NCBI GenBank assembly: GCA_054600435.1
Contig: BAAIJX010000013.1
Coordinates: 310,001-374,000, forward strand
Direction of reading: 5' to 3'
DNA length: 64,000 bases
Origin: Neophaeotheca triangularis
Lineage: Eukaryota
Part shown: one piece after another, positions 12,377-23,792 of the stretch
How positions within the stretch are numbered: position 1 is the stretch's first letter
Layout of the letters: each line of letters begins with the position of its first letter
The notes under the pieces: model-generated
Databases searched by the model: none
Told to the model about the DNA's origin: nothing
The model's input: only the letters and a program-made list of their open reading frames with translations
Made by a program: the position numbers and the translations under genes

Positions 12377-14757
12377 ATGCCTCGCGAACACAAGAAACGC
12401 GGTCGTCGCGGCGAGGGCTCCAAAAAGCGTAAGCTTGAAGAACAAGACGGCTTCGAAGAGGCCGACCCTCAACTCCAAACCACCACCGATGGCACAAGTA
12501 AGCGCCGCAAGGCGTCGGATCCCGCCGTGAATGATGAGGATGGGCAAGAAGCTTCCTACCTCGCCCTCCCCGACGACTCGCTGGATGCAGCCTACCCTCA
12601 CCCACCCATGCCTGGTCCTGGAGAAACGCCCTTTTTCGGTCTGCTAGATGAAAGCGAACAGGAGTACTTCTCGCGGGCCAACGAGATGCTCGAGGCTAAT
12701 GCTTTTGCCGAGTCTGAGGAGAGGGAGCTTTTCGTCGAAAATGTGTGGAAGGAGGCCAAGGGCAAGGAGTTGAAGATTGCTTGTTCGCAGTCTTGTTCGA
12801 GGTTGATGGAGAGGTTAATCGCCTCGAGTGGGCCTGAGCAGATCAAGGGTCTGTGGAGGGGTTTGGAGGGCAAGTAAGTCATTACCATCTCACGGACACA
12901 CGTGAATGCAGTTGACGGAGCTGGCAGAGGCCGCTCTGCATTTTGGCGTTTCGGAGCGAGTTTGCTGACTGTACTGCCAGCTTCGTGCACCTCATGGGCC
13001 ATCGATTCGCCTCGCATTGTTGCGAATCTCTATTTCTAAAAGCTGCACCTCATGTCAGCGACGAAGTGGTCTCCGGACAGCAGAAAGCCTCAATGAAGGA
13101 CCAGGACCCCGACGAGATCTACGTGTCCATGGAAAATCTGTTCTTGCACACGCTTGCCGAGTTGGAGGGAAACGTTGGATATCTGATGATGGATCGATTC
13201 GCATCACACCCATTGAGAGTGCTGCTGTTGGTTTTTTCGGGCGCGCCTCTAGATTCGACCTCTACAAAGCGCGTTCTAGCGAGCAAGAGGAAGGAAGGCA
13301 TCACGGCCAACGGGACCAACAAAGCGAACGATGAAGAAGAGAAGTCCTCGAAACGACCAATCCCAGACTCCTTCTCGGAGGCGCTTGACAAACTCATCTC
13401 TGCTAGCGTGGCTGGTCTCGACACCGACAAGCTCCGCGCCCTTGCGACACATCCGATTGGCAACCCGACACTTCAGCTACTGCTCCAACTCGAGCTTTCG
13501 CATTTTGGCAAAGACCGGGCAAAGGATGAGAATTCCGTCATCAAAACTCTGCTTCCCGACGATCCGATTACCGCCGAAAGTAGCACGGCTGCCTTCATCA
13601 ACGGCCTCATCTACGACCCGATTGGCTCCCATCTCGTGGAGAAGATCATCGAGAACGCGCCGGGAAAGTTGTTCAAAAACCTCTACCGCACCTTTTTCAA
13701 GGAGCGTATTGCATCCTTTGCACGAAACGAGATTGCACAGTACGTGGTAATTGGCATCTTGGAGCGTTTGAGCAGGCCGGATCTGCTCGAGGCGCACGAA
13801 TTGCTCGCTCCCACCATCCCAGCGCTGCTCGAGAGGAACAGAACGGCTATTGTTAGAACCTTGATCGAACGCTGCGTGGTCAGGGATGTGGACACAAAGT
13901 CAATCGCTGCGGCAATAGACTCAACATATCATGGCCCGGAAGGGTTTGAGATTAGGAGGTTGTTGAAGGTGGAGGAGGCCCCCACCACTAACGGTGATGG
14001 CCCAAGTCACAACCCTACCACAAACGGCGTCCATGAAGCCGCCGATCCTTCTCACCACTTCCAACGCGAGAGCCAGCCTGTAAAGGTGCAGTTCAACCTT
14101 TTAGCGCAATCGATGCTCCTCGTCCCCGGCTCCCTGAGCGCTTTAATACTCGACTCCATCATCACAATCCCGACCTCCAGCCTTCTTTCCCTCGCAACCG
14201 ACCCGATAGCCACACGCACACTGCAAGCCGCTCTGACGACTCGCAACGCCTCCATCATCAACGTCCGTAAACTACTCAACCCTTTCCGTGGCCATTTCGC
14301 TGCTCTGGCAACTTCGACAGCCGGCAGCCACGTCGTCGACTGTGCCTGGGAGGGCACGCACGGGCTCGCGTTCTTGCGTGAGAGGATTGCAGAGGAGCTT
14401 GCAGAGGCCGAGGCCGAGCTAAGGGAAAGTTCATGTGGTAGAGCAGTTTGGCGGAACTGGAAAATGGACATGTACAAACGACGACGCGGCGACTGGGTCA
14501 AGCAGAGTCAGAACAAGGCTAGTAACGATGGCTTTCAGAGTTTTGAAGAGGTGGAGGGAGGCGCTGGCGGCAATGGCCGTGGCAATGCAGGAGAGGGTGT
14601 CAAGAAGACTCCTCTGCAGGCTGCACGGGAAAGACATGCTAGGAATAAAGCAGCCAAGGAGAAAGATAGTAAAGGACAGGCCAAGGCTCAGGCTAAGGAG
14701 GCTACGGGGAGTAACGGCACTGCTCTGGGGCCGAAGACGGGGACGGTGACTTCTTAG
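12377..14757 (+). CDS. NOP9: Nucleolar protein 9 (Pumilio-like repeat, 40S biogenesis)
   Basis: Exons 12377-12873 and 12981-14757, intron 12874-12980. [11 protein letters not shown] start; [50 protein letters not shown] and [17 protein letters not shown] motifs. Confidence 0.93.
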
Positions 14758-15314
14758 GGTTTGTCAAATGTTGAGAGATGGAAGCCCTCAGGAGAGTCAC
14801 TTGTCCTGGCAGAGCATGCGTCGAAAGCACAAACAACTTGAACAGAAGCGCAGCCAAAGTGCTTGCTTGCTCGTTCCCAGGCGTCTGGGAGCAAACAGCG
14901 ATGCCCCGGGGGCAGCAGTTTGCAGGATCGCGGCTATAGCATCGCATCGTCATGTCAAGTGAGATACAGCCTACGGACCTGAGCATCTCGACCGTGACTT
15001 TTTTGCAATAAGGATTCCGCTAAGAGTCGCCTGAAATTTAGGCGAGTTTGGCTCATCGCTTACACTCGGCCCAGTGACTCGACCAGACAACTTGTCTGAT
15101 GTCTCTTTTGTACGATATATAATAACAAAGCAGTGGAAGTTTTGTGTGGATACGGCATACTAGTGATGATGAATCTCGTAGACTCTTAGTTCACATTGTC
15201 CCCACTCGCGTTTGCCCCTCATCTTCAGAATTCATCTGGCGGGGTCCTTAATGATCAATAATAATAATTGATCTCTCCTACTCATTACATTCACACTTTC
15301 TAGATTGCTCAATT

Positions 15315-17076
15315 ATGTCTACCAACGGTACCTCTGCAGAAGGTCAATCGAAGCCTTTGAACCGGGCAGACGTTGTCGACGATGTAAGATGCACCGACTA
15401 AGTATCCATCAACTTACCGTCTCCGCCTCATATCGACCCGACCGCATACTAACCACGACCCTGTCCATATCCAGCTCGTCACCTCCGTCCAGCAACTGCT
15501 AATCCCTTTCATCCGCCGCGCAGACGAAGATGCCGCTGTCAAACACACCTCCCACGGCCTTCAGATCCCCGGCGCCGCGCCCCGCTCCGTCCTCGTCGAA
15601 CACCACCCGCCGCAGAAACTCGACTCGATCCTCGCAGCCGCCATTGCGCCCCTTGACGACCTCACGACCGTCGAACCCCAGGGCAAACCCGGCCTCCTCG
15701 CCGCCATAGAGCAGGTGCTCCACCACAGCGTCAACACCTGGGACCAGGGCTTCCTGGACAAACTCTACGCGGCGACGACACCCACGGGCGTCGTCGCCGA
15801 CCTCGTCCTCAGCGTCCTCAACACCAACCTCCACGTCTACCAGGTCTCGCCCGCGCTGACGGTGATTGAAAAACGCACTTCGAAAGCGCTGGCGCACATG
15901 TTTGGGTTGCGGGACAAGTGGTCCGGCGGCGTAAGTCAACCCGGTGGCAGCGCCGCGAACCAGATGGCCATGGTTGTAGCGAGGAACAACTTGTTCCCGG
16001 AGACCAAGAGCGAGGGACTAGGGGCCAGGAAGTTTGTGCTCTTCACTTCCGCGCACGGACATTACAGCTTGGAGAAGGCGGCGCAGATTATGGGTTTTGG
16101 AAGCGGGGCTGTCAAGACGGTCGCCGTGGACGACAAGGGGTGCATGAAGGTTTCTGCGCTGCGGGAGGGCATCCGCAAGAGCCGCGAGCAAGGGGAGACG
16201 CCCTTCTTCGTCAACGCAACCGCGGGCACGACGGTGCTGGGCTCCTACGACCCGCTCGAGGACATCGCTGCTATTTGCAAGGAGGAAAACGTCTGGATGC
16301 ACGTCGACGGCTCGTGGGGCGCTCCCGCCATCTTCTCCCGCCAACAAGCACACAAACTCCGCGGCTCCCACCTCGCCGACAGCATCGCGCTGTGTCCGCA
16401 CAAGATGATGGGCGTGCCTTGCACCTGCACTTTCCTGCTGGGCAAAGACATGCGCAAATTCCACGCCGGCATGACCTTGCCCGCCGGCTACCTCTTCCAC
16501 AACCCGGGCGACGAAGACGCAGATAACGATGCCGTAGCCTCCGAGCAAAGCGTCGACAACTCAGCCCTCGACGCCGCCAACCCTTCCGCCCACCCCAACA
16601 GCGAAGCCGACCACGGCCGCGAAGTCTGGGATCTCGCAGACCTAACCCCACAATGCGGCCGCCGCGGCGACAGTCTCAAACTCGCCCTCAGCTGGATCTA
16701 CCAGGGCACCGTCGGTTTCGAAAACTACATCAACAAAGGCTTCACCGCGGCTTCCCATCTCGCAAGCCTCGTCCAATCCCACCCTTCCATGACGCTAGTG
16801 TCGCAAAACCCGCCTCCTTGCTTGCAAGTCTGTTTCTACTACGGCGAGCAAATCGGGGAACAAGGGGGTGCGGGGAGGCGGAACAGGATTTCCAAAGTTA
16901 CCGAGGAAGTCAGTAAGGCGTTGATGGTTCGGGGGTTCATGATTGATTACGCGCCTGGTGAGGAGGGCAAGTTTTTCAGGGTCGTCGTTAATGGGCAGAC
17001 GGAGCTGGGGACTGTGGAGGGTTTGGTCAAGGCGGTGGCGGAGGTTGGCGAGGGGGTTGTGGGGAGGCTTAGATGA
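15315..17076 (+). CDS. Group II PLP-dependent decarboxylase (GAD/CSAD-like)
   Basis: Exons 15315-15383 and 15475-17076, intron 15384-15474. Motifs PGGSAAN, HGHYSLEKAA, NATAGTTVLGSYD, WMHVDGSWG, CPHKMM (PLP Lys) and QCGRRGDSLKL. Confidence 0.9.
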
Positions 17077-17696
17077 AGGCTTGAGCGGTTCGTGTACGCT
17101 GTGTCGGCTTGTACATAGATGATAGATGGGATCTGGAAGTGCGAATGCAATGGCATGACCTTTTCCCGCTGCTGTCTGTCGTCCCATCTGCCCAAGACTA
17201 CAGCGGACGTCTTTTTTGATAAGTGCGACAGCATACGCCGCCTTTTGCTAGTACATACGACATTACCGCCCGTTATGGTGGATATTCCCGCCTCTCCCAC
17301 TCTCTGCTATTCCCTCCCTCGCGCCCTGCCAGCGGCCGCTTTTGTCAGCTTGATCTCCAACACTGCTGCATGTTCGTCCCAACTAACTCTATCCGTCTAT
17401 TTCTACCCCTGAAGCCTCGTCCGCTAGCCTGTTCAGGCCCTCCCAAAGCTTTCAGCATTTGCTCTCACTCTATGAGCCTTTGTAATATAGACCTACTATA
17501 TATAAGTTAACTCCTACCTTACTCGATATCCATAAAAACAAAGATTCCCCCAAAGGTCCGTCACAAAACGATTAAAACGATTGCTCGAAAGCACCTCGTT
17601 TTAACACTCGAGAGCCGATTGCTTTCGTCGGCAAAAATGCAACGTGTTGTACGGTTGCTTCGCGGGAGTAAAAAATAGAACCAAAAAAAAAAAAGA

Positions 17697-17815
17697 ACAT
17701 ACAACAGGTGGGATTCCCACGTGGTCACCCACCGTAGTACTAGTCACCCGCTTCAGTGCTTGAATATGGCAGAGCGGACGGGATGCCTTAGATTCACTGA
17801 GCTGTGGTCGTATGT
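17697..17815 (-). rRNA. 5S rRNA gene, copy A
   Basis: 119 nt, ACATACGACC...CCCGTCCGCTC...GTTGTATGT, matching filamentous-ascomycete 5S termini. All helices can pair, a T-run Pol III terminator follows, and there is a TATA-like element about 25 nt upstream. Confidence 0.95.
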
Positions 17816-18349
17816 GAAGGACTTGATTGGCAATACGTATATAAATAGATACAAAATTTCTTAGGGAAGGGCGACGAATGTTTACTCCCATGTTTCGGCC
17901 GTAGTCCTCGCTCTTAAATATGTTAGACCTCATTAGGGTATTCTAGAGGAGGTCTCCCGCGCAGAGTGAAGAAGACGTCGTACGGGATAAGAACGGGGAA
18001 ATAAGAAGGCTGATCCTAGAGGCTTGCCCTCCTTCACATACTCTGCTCGACGATGCGAGTACTCCGCCGGATGCTAGAGACAGCTTCGCGGCTCCTCGTG
18101 CTGGCTGGCCTATGCGTGCCGTTCAGGGTGAAGACGAGACTGCGACGCTAGCACCTTATCCTGTTCAGGGTCAAGGGGAGACTGCTGCGCTGGCTGCAAC
18201 GAGGACGTGTGACGATCGAAACCGGGCAGTCTAGTACGGACTATGTTACACATTCTTAGCGCTTTAGTTGTCTGCGGACAGTGACATTTTCGATCTGAAT
18301 CCGCAGCAGTGTTGGACGAAACTCGGTGCATCGCTCGAAATGCGCCTTT

Positions 18350-18871
18350 TTACGCATCATTCTTGGGAACGTCCTCCCATCGCTCATAGAACTCTCCACC
18401 GAGCATCTCGATCGCCCTGCACCTCTCATCCATTGTCAGTGCATTCTTGATCCGTCCAACACCCAGTCTTGCCCCTCTTAATTCGTCATCGAGCCGCAAT
18501 GCCCACACCCCGCCACTGGACGGCCACCCGTACCATAGACTTGAGACCCAGGGAATTTCCAAGGTGCTTGTGAATACATTTTCGTCTTTCAAAAAGTGCG
18601 CACCTATACGCTCCAGGCGCCGACAGAACTCGTCTTCTTCTGGCGACCATCTTTGGGTGGGAGTCAGCTCGAACCGAGAGAGGTTCAAGAACTCGAGCTC
18701 GATTCCAGAGCATCTGTCGTGAATCCATACGCCACCAGTTGTGGGCCAGCCGCATACGAAGGTTCCAACATCGTTGAATTTCGTCCGCGTGGCCTCTAGA
18801 GGCTGGTCGAACACTCCTCCTGGGGGACACGATTCGCTTTCGTCGCTATCCAGGTCGATGACTTCGGACAT
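18350..18871 (-). CDS. Uncharacterised 173-aa protein with two GWPxxGGVW repeats
   Basis: ATG at 18871 (MSEVIDLDS). Repeats GWPTTGGVW...EEDEFCRRLERIGAHF and GWPSSGGVW...MDERCRAIEMLGGEFY. The internal duplication argues for a real protein. Confidence 0.7.
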   Translation of the reverse strand: MSEVIDLDSDESESCPPGGVFDQPLEATRTKFNDVGTFVCGWPTTGGVWIHDRCSGIELEFLNLSRFELTPTQRWSPEEDEFCRRLERIGAHFLKDENVFTSTLEIPWVSSLWYGWPSSGGVWALRLDDELRGARLGVGRIKNALTMDERCRAIEMLGGEFYERWEDVPKNDA

Positions 18872-19181
18872 GTTTGCGTTCCGAGTGTAGAATTGGTATA
18901 TGTGATTCAGTCCTGAGATTCTAGCGCCGTATAGAATACCGCCTAGCTTGTATAGCTCCGATTCGTAAGGTAGACGGTGGTAATGACAACCGCTAGGGCA
19001 ACGGTGCACTTTTTTATGGTAGGAAAGTACGAGTTGTTAGCCGGCTGCATACGGGAGATCGCGCGAGCTAAGGTTGATACTCATCAGAATCGAAGTATCT
19101 TGACCGAGAATATCGCTGGGTATGCTTAACGAGAAGTGAAACTTTTGTAGAATTATATTCGCATTGCCAATCAAGTCCTTC

Positions 19182-19300
19182 ACATACGACCACAGCTCAG
19201 TGAATCTAAGGCATCCCGTCCGCTCTGCCATATTCAAGCACTGAAGCGGGTGACTAGTACTACGGTGGGTGACCACGTGGGAATCCCACCTGTTGTATGT
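19182..19300 (+). rRNA. 5S rRNA gene, copy B (identical to copy A)
   Basis: Base-by-base identical to the reverse complement of 17697-17815. T-run follows; TTATATT about 25 nt upstream. Confidence 0.95.
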
Positions 19301-19862
19301 TTTTTTTTTCTTTTTGGTTTCAATTTTTCTCTCTTAACTCTTTCTTGATTTCGTCGCATTTGAAACACAGTCGCGTAAGTAGCATAGGCCTTTGCTATTT
19401 GGCGATTCAGAAGGAAAGGGGGGCTTGTTTTTGCCGTCATCGAGGCCGATGTGTAGACACAACGTGGCTGTGAGAGTTGATTAGGGTTGAAGTTCGGGGT
19501 GTTTTGATTTCAAGGTAATGGACCTCTTGAGTGATGGTTTGTTGTTCCGCAGTGTCAAGTAGAAGGTCTGAGCTGTTTAGATGTACACTGCAGGCGCCCC
19601 AGTCCTTGCTGATTAGACGACATAGCTTGAAAGGTTTGAGACGTTCAAAGAGTCCTAGCTCTAGTAGCAATTCCGGTAGAACTACTATCTATATTAGCTG
19701 GCAGGAGAGAGCGGCTTAAGAGACAAAGTAGAAGGCTCTCACGTTATCTCGCTGAATTCTCTGCTCTCTTATGCTGCTTACGTATTTCGCTGTGAGAACC
19801 GTGACTCTTGAAACAAAACCCCCAGGTCTAGCAACACTAAAGCTTAAAGCCGACCTCTCCTC

Positions 19863-22291
19863 CTACTCGCCCCCTTTAACCCGACCGCTACCGAAAACTT
19901 TACCCCCAAGCCCCCACCAAAACCTCCTCGTCTCCCAAAGCGGCAACACGACACTGATACCCGTCGACGCAAACACCCAAACGAAAGAAATGACGATCCA
20001 GGCGGTGAAGAAGCCCGGGCTGAAAATGTAATGGGAGAGGAAGAGAGGGATGGGGAGCTTAAAAAAAAAACGCAAGTCAGCATGAGGCTCGTCGTGTCTG
20101 TGCGGGAAATTTGGAATGGGCACTCACGAGAAAGTCCATGATGAAGGTTAGTACGAAGGCGGCGATGCAGGCGACGTAGAAGGCTCTGCGGAGTTTGGCC
20201 GGTTCTTCTTCCAATTTGGCGTCGGCTTGGGCTTCGCGGTCAGGTGAGGGGTCGGTGTGGTGGGGATTGGGTGTGGTGAGGGTTGGGTCGTGTTGCGGTG
20301 TCATGGTCACGTTGTGATTCTTTTCCTTCGCCTCGTCGCTGATTGCAACGGCTCCTGCTGCCTCTGCGGCTGTGGTTTTTGTGATGCTATCGCTAGAGCC
20401 CTGTCTCTCACCTTGGATTTCCGTGCTGGTTTCCAGCGGCTTCGCGTTGATGGCTCGAGTGATTTCCCAGTCGAAGTTTTGCGGTTTAAGCAGCGAGACG
20501 ATCATTGTGACGATGAAACCAGTCAGGACGGCTGCTAGATTGCCCGCTAGAGTCGCATACTCGTGCCCGGTACTGGCTATGGTGATCTCGCCAAAATGCA
20601 CCTTTGCGGTCACCAACCACGCTGTCAGGCCTGCTGCTAGACCGCAAAGAGCGCCGGAAATGGCTCCCGCTTTCGACTGCTTGTCCCAGAGAATTGCGAA
20701 TGCGCAGGGGAAGACTGCTCCCCCTATCAGCAGCCCCATGACCAGGAACAGCCAGCCCAGATCAATGCCGGCGACGTTCCAAATGCAGGCGAAGACGCTC
20801 ATTGCCACGCCGAAAATGCAGATGCAGACGTGGCTGACGAAGATGAGACGTTGGGGCGTTGCTGCCGGGTGGATGTAGGCTTTGTAGACGTCGAAGGTGA
20901 GGATTGAGCTGACGGCTATGAGCTCTGCTGAGGCGCATGATGTGACGGCCAGGAAGAGCGAGATGAGCAGAGCTACGGCACCGCTCGTGCCTAAGAGCGT
21001 AGTGGCTGCATAGGCGGATGCTAGACCGGCGGAGATGTCGCTGGCTGGTGGTTGATCGGGATAGGTAGGGAAACGAGGGTTGTTGGTCAAGGCTACAGCG
21101 GAAAGACCGAGGGTAGTGGCGAAGCCAAAGGGGATGGCGAACCAGGCTATGCCGCCGAGTATGTAGGCTTTCACGGCGGTCGTTGGACGAGAGGCAATGG
21201 CTCTCTGGTGGTACGCCTGGTCAAGGAATACGGTCCCCGAACCTGAGCAGAGCTGTATCACGCCGAATATAAGCGCGAAGTTGGATTTTAACGTCGTGTA
21301 GGAGCCGTCCTTGTTGCCGGCAACGGGGCGTTGGACCGCAGCTTCTTGCAGTAGCTCGTACATTGCCGAGGGGCTACCGATTAAGGGGCTCGTAGTGTAG
21401 GCGTTGAAGAGGAAGTACATGATGATGATCATGAGAGCGACTGTGTGAGTGTAGTCGCACAGGAACGTTGCCCGTAGACCGCCGAGCACGACGTAGGCAC
21501 AGACGCCAGTTGCTATGTCTTGTGTTAGCTTCCATGTGCCACCTAGGGATAGCGGTTTGAGACGTACGAATCAAGAAGATGGCAGCATAGACATTCATCC
21601 CAGTCAGGGACGTCACGACTGCGCTTCCACCGAGCAATAGCTGACTTCCCACTAGTATATTCGTGACCTGCCGAGACCAATTGTTAAGTCCAGCCCATAG
21701 TGATAAGGTCCGCTGCACTTACGAGCGCAAATCCCAGGAAGACTATGTGGGCTTGCCTGCCATATCGGGCGTAAATGATCTCTGGCGTCGCCTGTCAGCA
21801 TAATGTCTCGACCAAATTGACCAGCCATTACCAGCTCAAAGCAATCCATGCCACTCACCAAGATACGTATGACACCTCGGCGCATTCATCTTAATCTTAC
21901 AAGCCAAGATGCTGAACATTAGAATCTGCACCGTAGCACCCGCCGCGTACCAAAAAGGCCCCGCAACACCATAGAGGTAAGCAACAGTGGAAGACTGCAG
22001 CAGCGTAGCGGCCCAAGTCCAGGCGGAGACGATGCCGGCGGCGATCAGACCCGGTTTCACGCTACGGCTGGCGGTGTTGAACTCTTCGCTTTGCTTGGTG
22101 TCGAAGCGCGTATACTTGTTTTGTAGGTAGGAGAGGCCCATCATGAGGATGGCGAAGGCGAAGCCTATACCGACCTGGGTGGGTGGTTTAGCCTTTATTT
22201 GGAGGTGGAATGGGTCGTGGGATGTATGCGGACTTACTACTACGCCGTAGCCTACCCCTTGTGAGAGGACGGTTTCTGGGTTGCTAGACAT
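19863..22291 (-). CDS. DUR3: Urea active transporter (sodium:solute symporter family)
   Basis: Exons 22291-22238, 22174-21859, 21781-21723, 21667-21568, 21512-20128, 20057-19863 splice in frame. Motifs LSQGVGYGVVVG, EEFNTASRSVKPGLIA, SAWTWAATLLQSS, GGLRATFLCDYTHT and GTVFLDQAYHQRAIA. Confidence 0.93.
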
Positions 22292-23792
22292 ATTGAATTG
22301 TCCCAAATGCAGAGGAGGAGACAAGGCCGACAAACACAGAGTGAGAAAGAGGGCACCTCCTACCGGTATATACCTCAAGACAACTTCAACGGTTATCTTG
22401 AAGGTCACAACGGACCGCCAATCGCGACCCACGCTCTCCGAACTAGATCAACATGTGGAAAGCTGCTATCGTTGCCTGGAAGCTAATATCAACGGGGCCA
22501 TGAGAGGCGTGAGAGAGTCCCGATAGCAGAGTCGCAAAGGCCGGCGGCGAGTTGTAATAAGCAGGACGACATCAAACCCCGTGAGCCAGCTCTTTTACCC
22601 GAACAGGGAGGTCGAAGAGCCACCTACTCCCGTCAGAGTCAACAGCGATGTCGGTCTGCTGCGACGATCATTGCTGGCAGTACGACTGATGATAGTCTTG
22701 ATGCCTTTATCTCTGCTTATCATCTACCATGCATATCGCCAAGGAGATACGCGATGGAGGTGGATACAATACCTCCATTTTCGTGTCATAAAGGCCGTTA
22801 CCAGTACCTCCGGGCTATGCCGGGGTAGTTTCGCGGTTGGGGTTACCTCCTACATGGTATTCTTGGTTCCGCTGGTGCCGCCCTGATACGAGCATCCCAG
22901 GGGCTCCTCCCATGCAGGTGTGGGTGTTGCTGTGTCACTGGGAAGGCTACTCCTTGCGATACTAACGTCCCGCTCGAGGATCGGTAGCCGTAGAGATGTG
23001 CTGGTGGCTCTTTGCCCTGTCCAATACCGTCCTGATCCATTGCATTGAGGTGATAAAACTTGAAAGGCTTCAGTCGTCTCAGCGAGGTCTGCGTCGGTCG
23101 ATACTCTAGACAGCCGACAATCGGAAGCACGAGATCAACGGTGGCTGGAGGACGCGAGAAGAAGAAGTGTATCACTGCCATTTAGAACTCGAAGGGAACA
23201 ATGATAGTAGACCCGTCGGTGTCTTTACACTCTAAGAGCGGAAAGCCATCTCAAACCCCGACCCTAGAAGATCAGCCGGCGGTGCAACAATGCACAGACA
23301 CCATATAAAAGCTCGTCCCGTGAATGAGTACAGTAGCAAGTAAAACCCCGTTTGCATCCGCAAGAAAAGAAAGACTCAGTCAATTAGCCAAGATTTGAGG
23401 TTTAAAACCCGGCAGGTAAATGCTGCAAAGATCAAGGCAAACCAACGACAGCAGCAGCCTTATCAAAGCAAGCTAGGAGACAGATGTTCAGAGGCTGGGC
23501 CAGGCGTGGCCTGACATCTTCTTAAAAAAGAATTAATCAAGAATGGACTGTCCACATCTCATTCAGTACTATAAACAGCTGTACAATAAACACGGCCTTC
23601 TCTTCGCCATCGCATTTCAAGCAAAGCGAGTAGAAGTTAAGACCAAAACCCCCCTTGCCAAACCGGCCATGCCCTAACGGCGAAACCCTCGCACACACGC
23701 CAAACACCCGCACGCCACCCATGCACGCAAAATAAAAACACGCAATCTCTTCATCCAAATCACCCGCTCTCTTTTCCCCTCACTCCCGGCAG

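Noticed and set aside
17600..19400. Starship or other transposon inserted at 5S rDNA
   Set aside because: Both 5S genes are intact rather than split, no tyrosine recombinase or transposase ORF is present, and no target-site duplication was evident.
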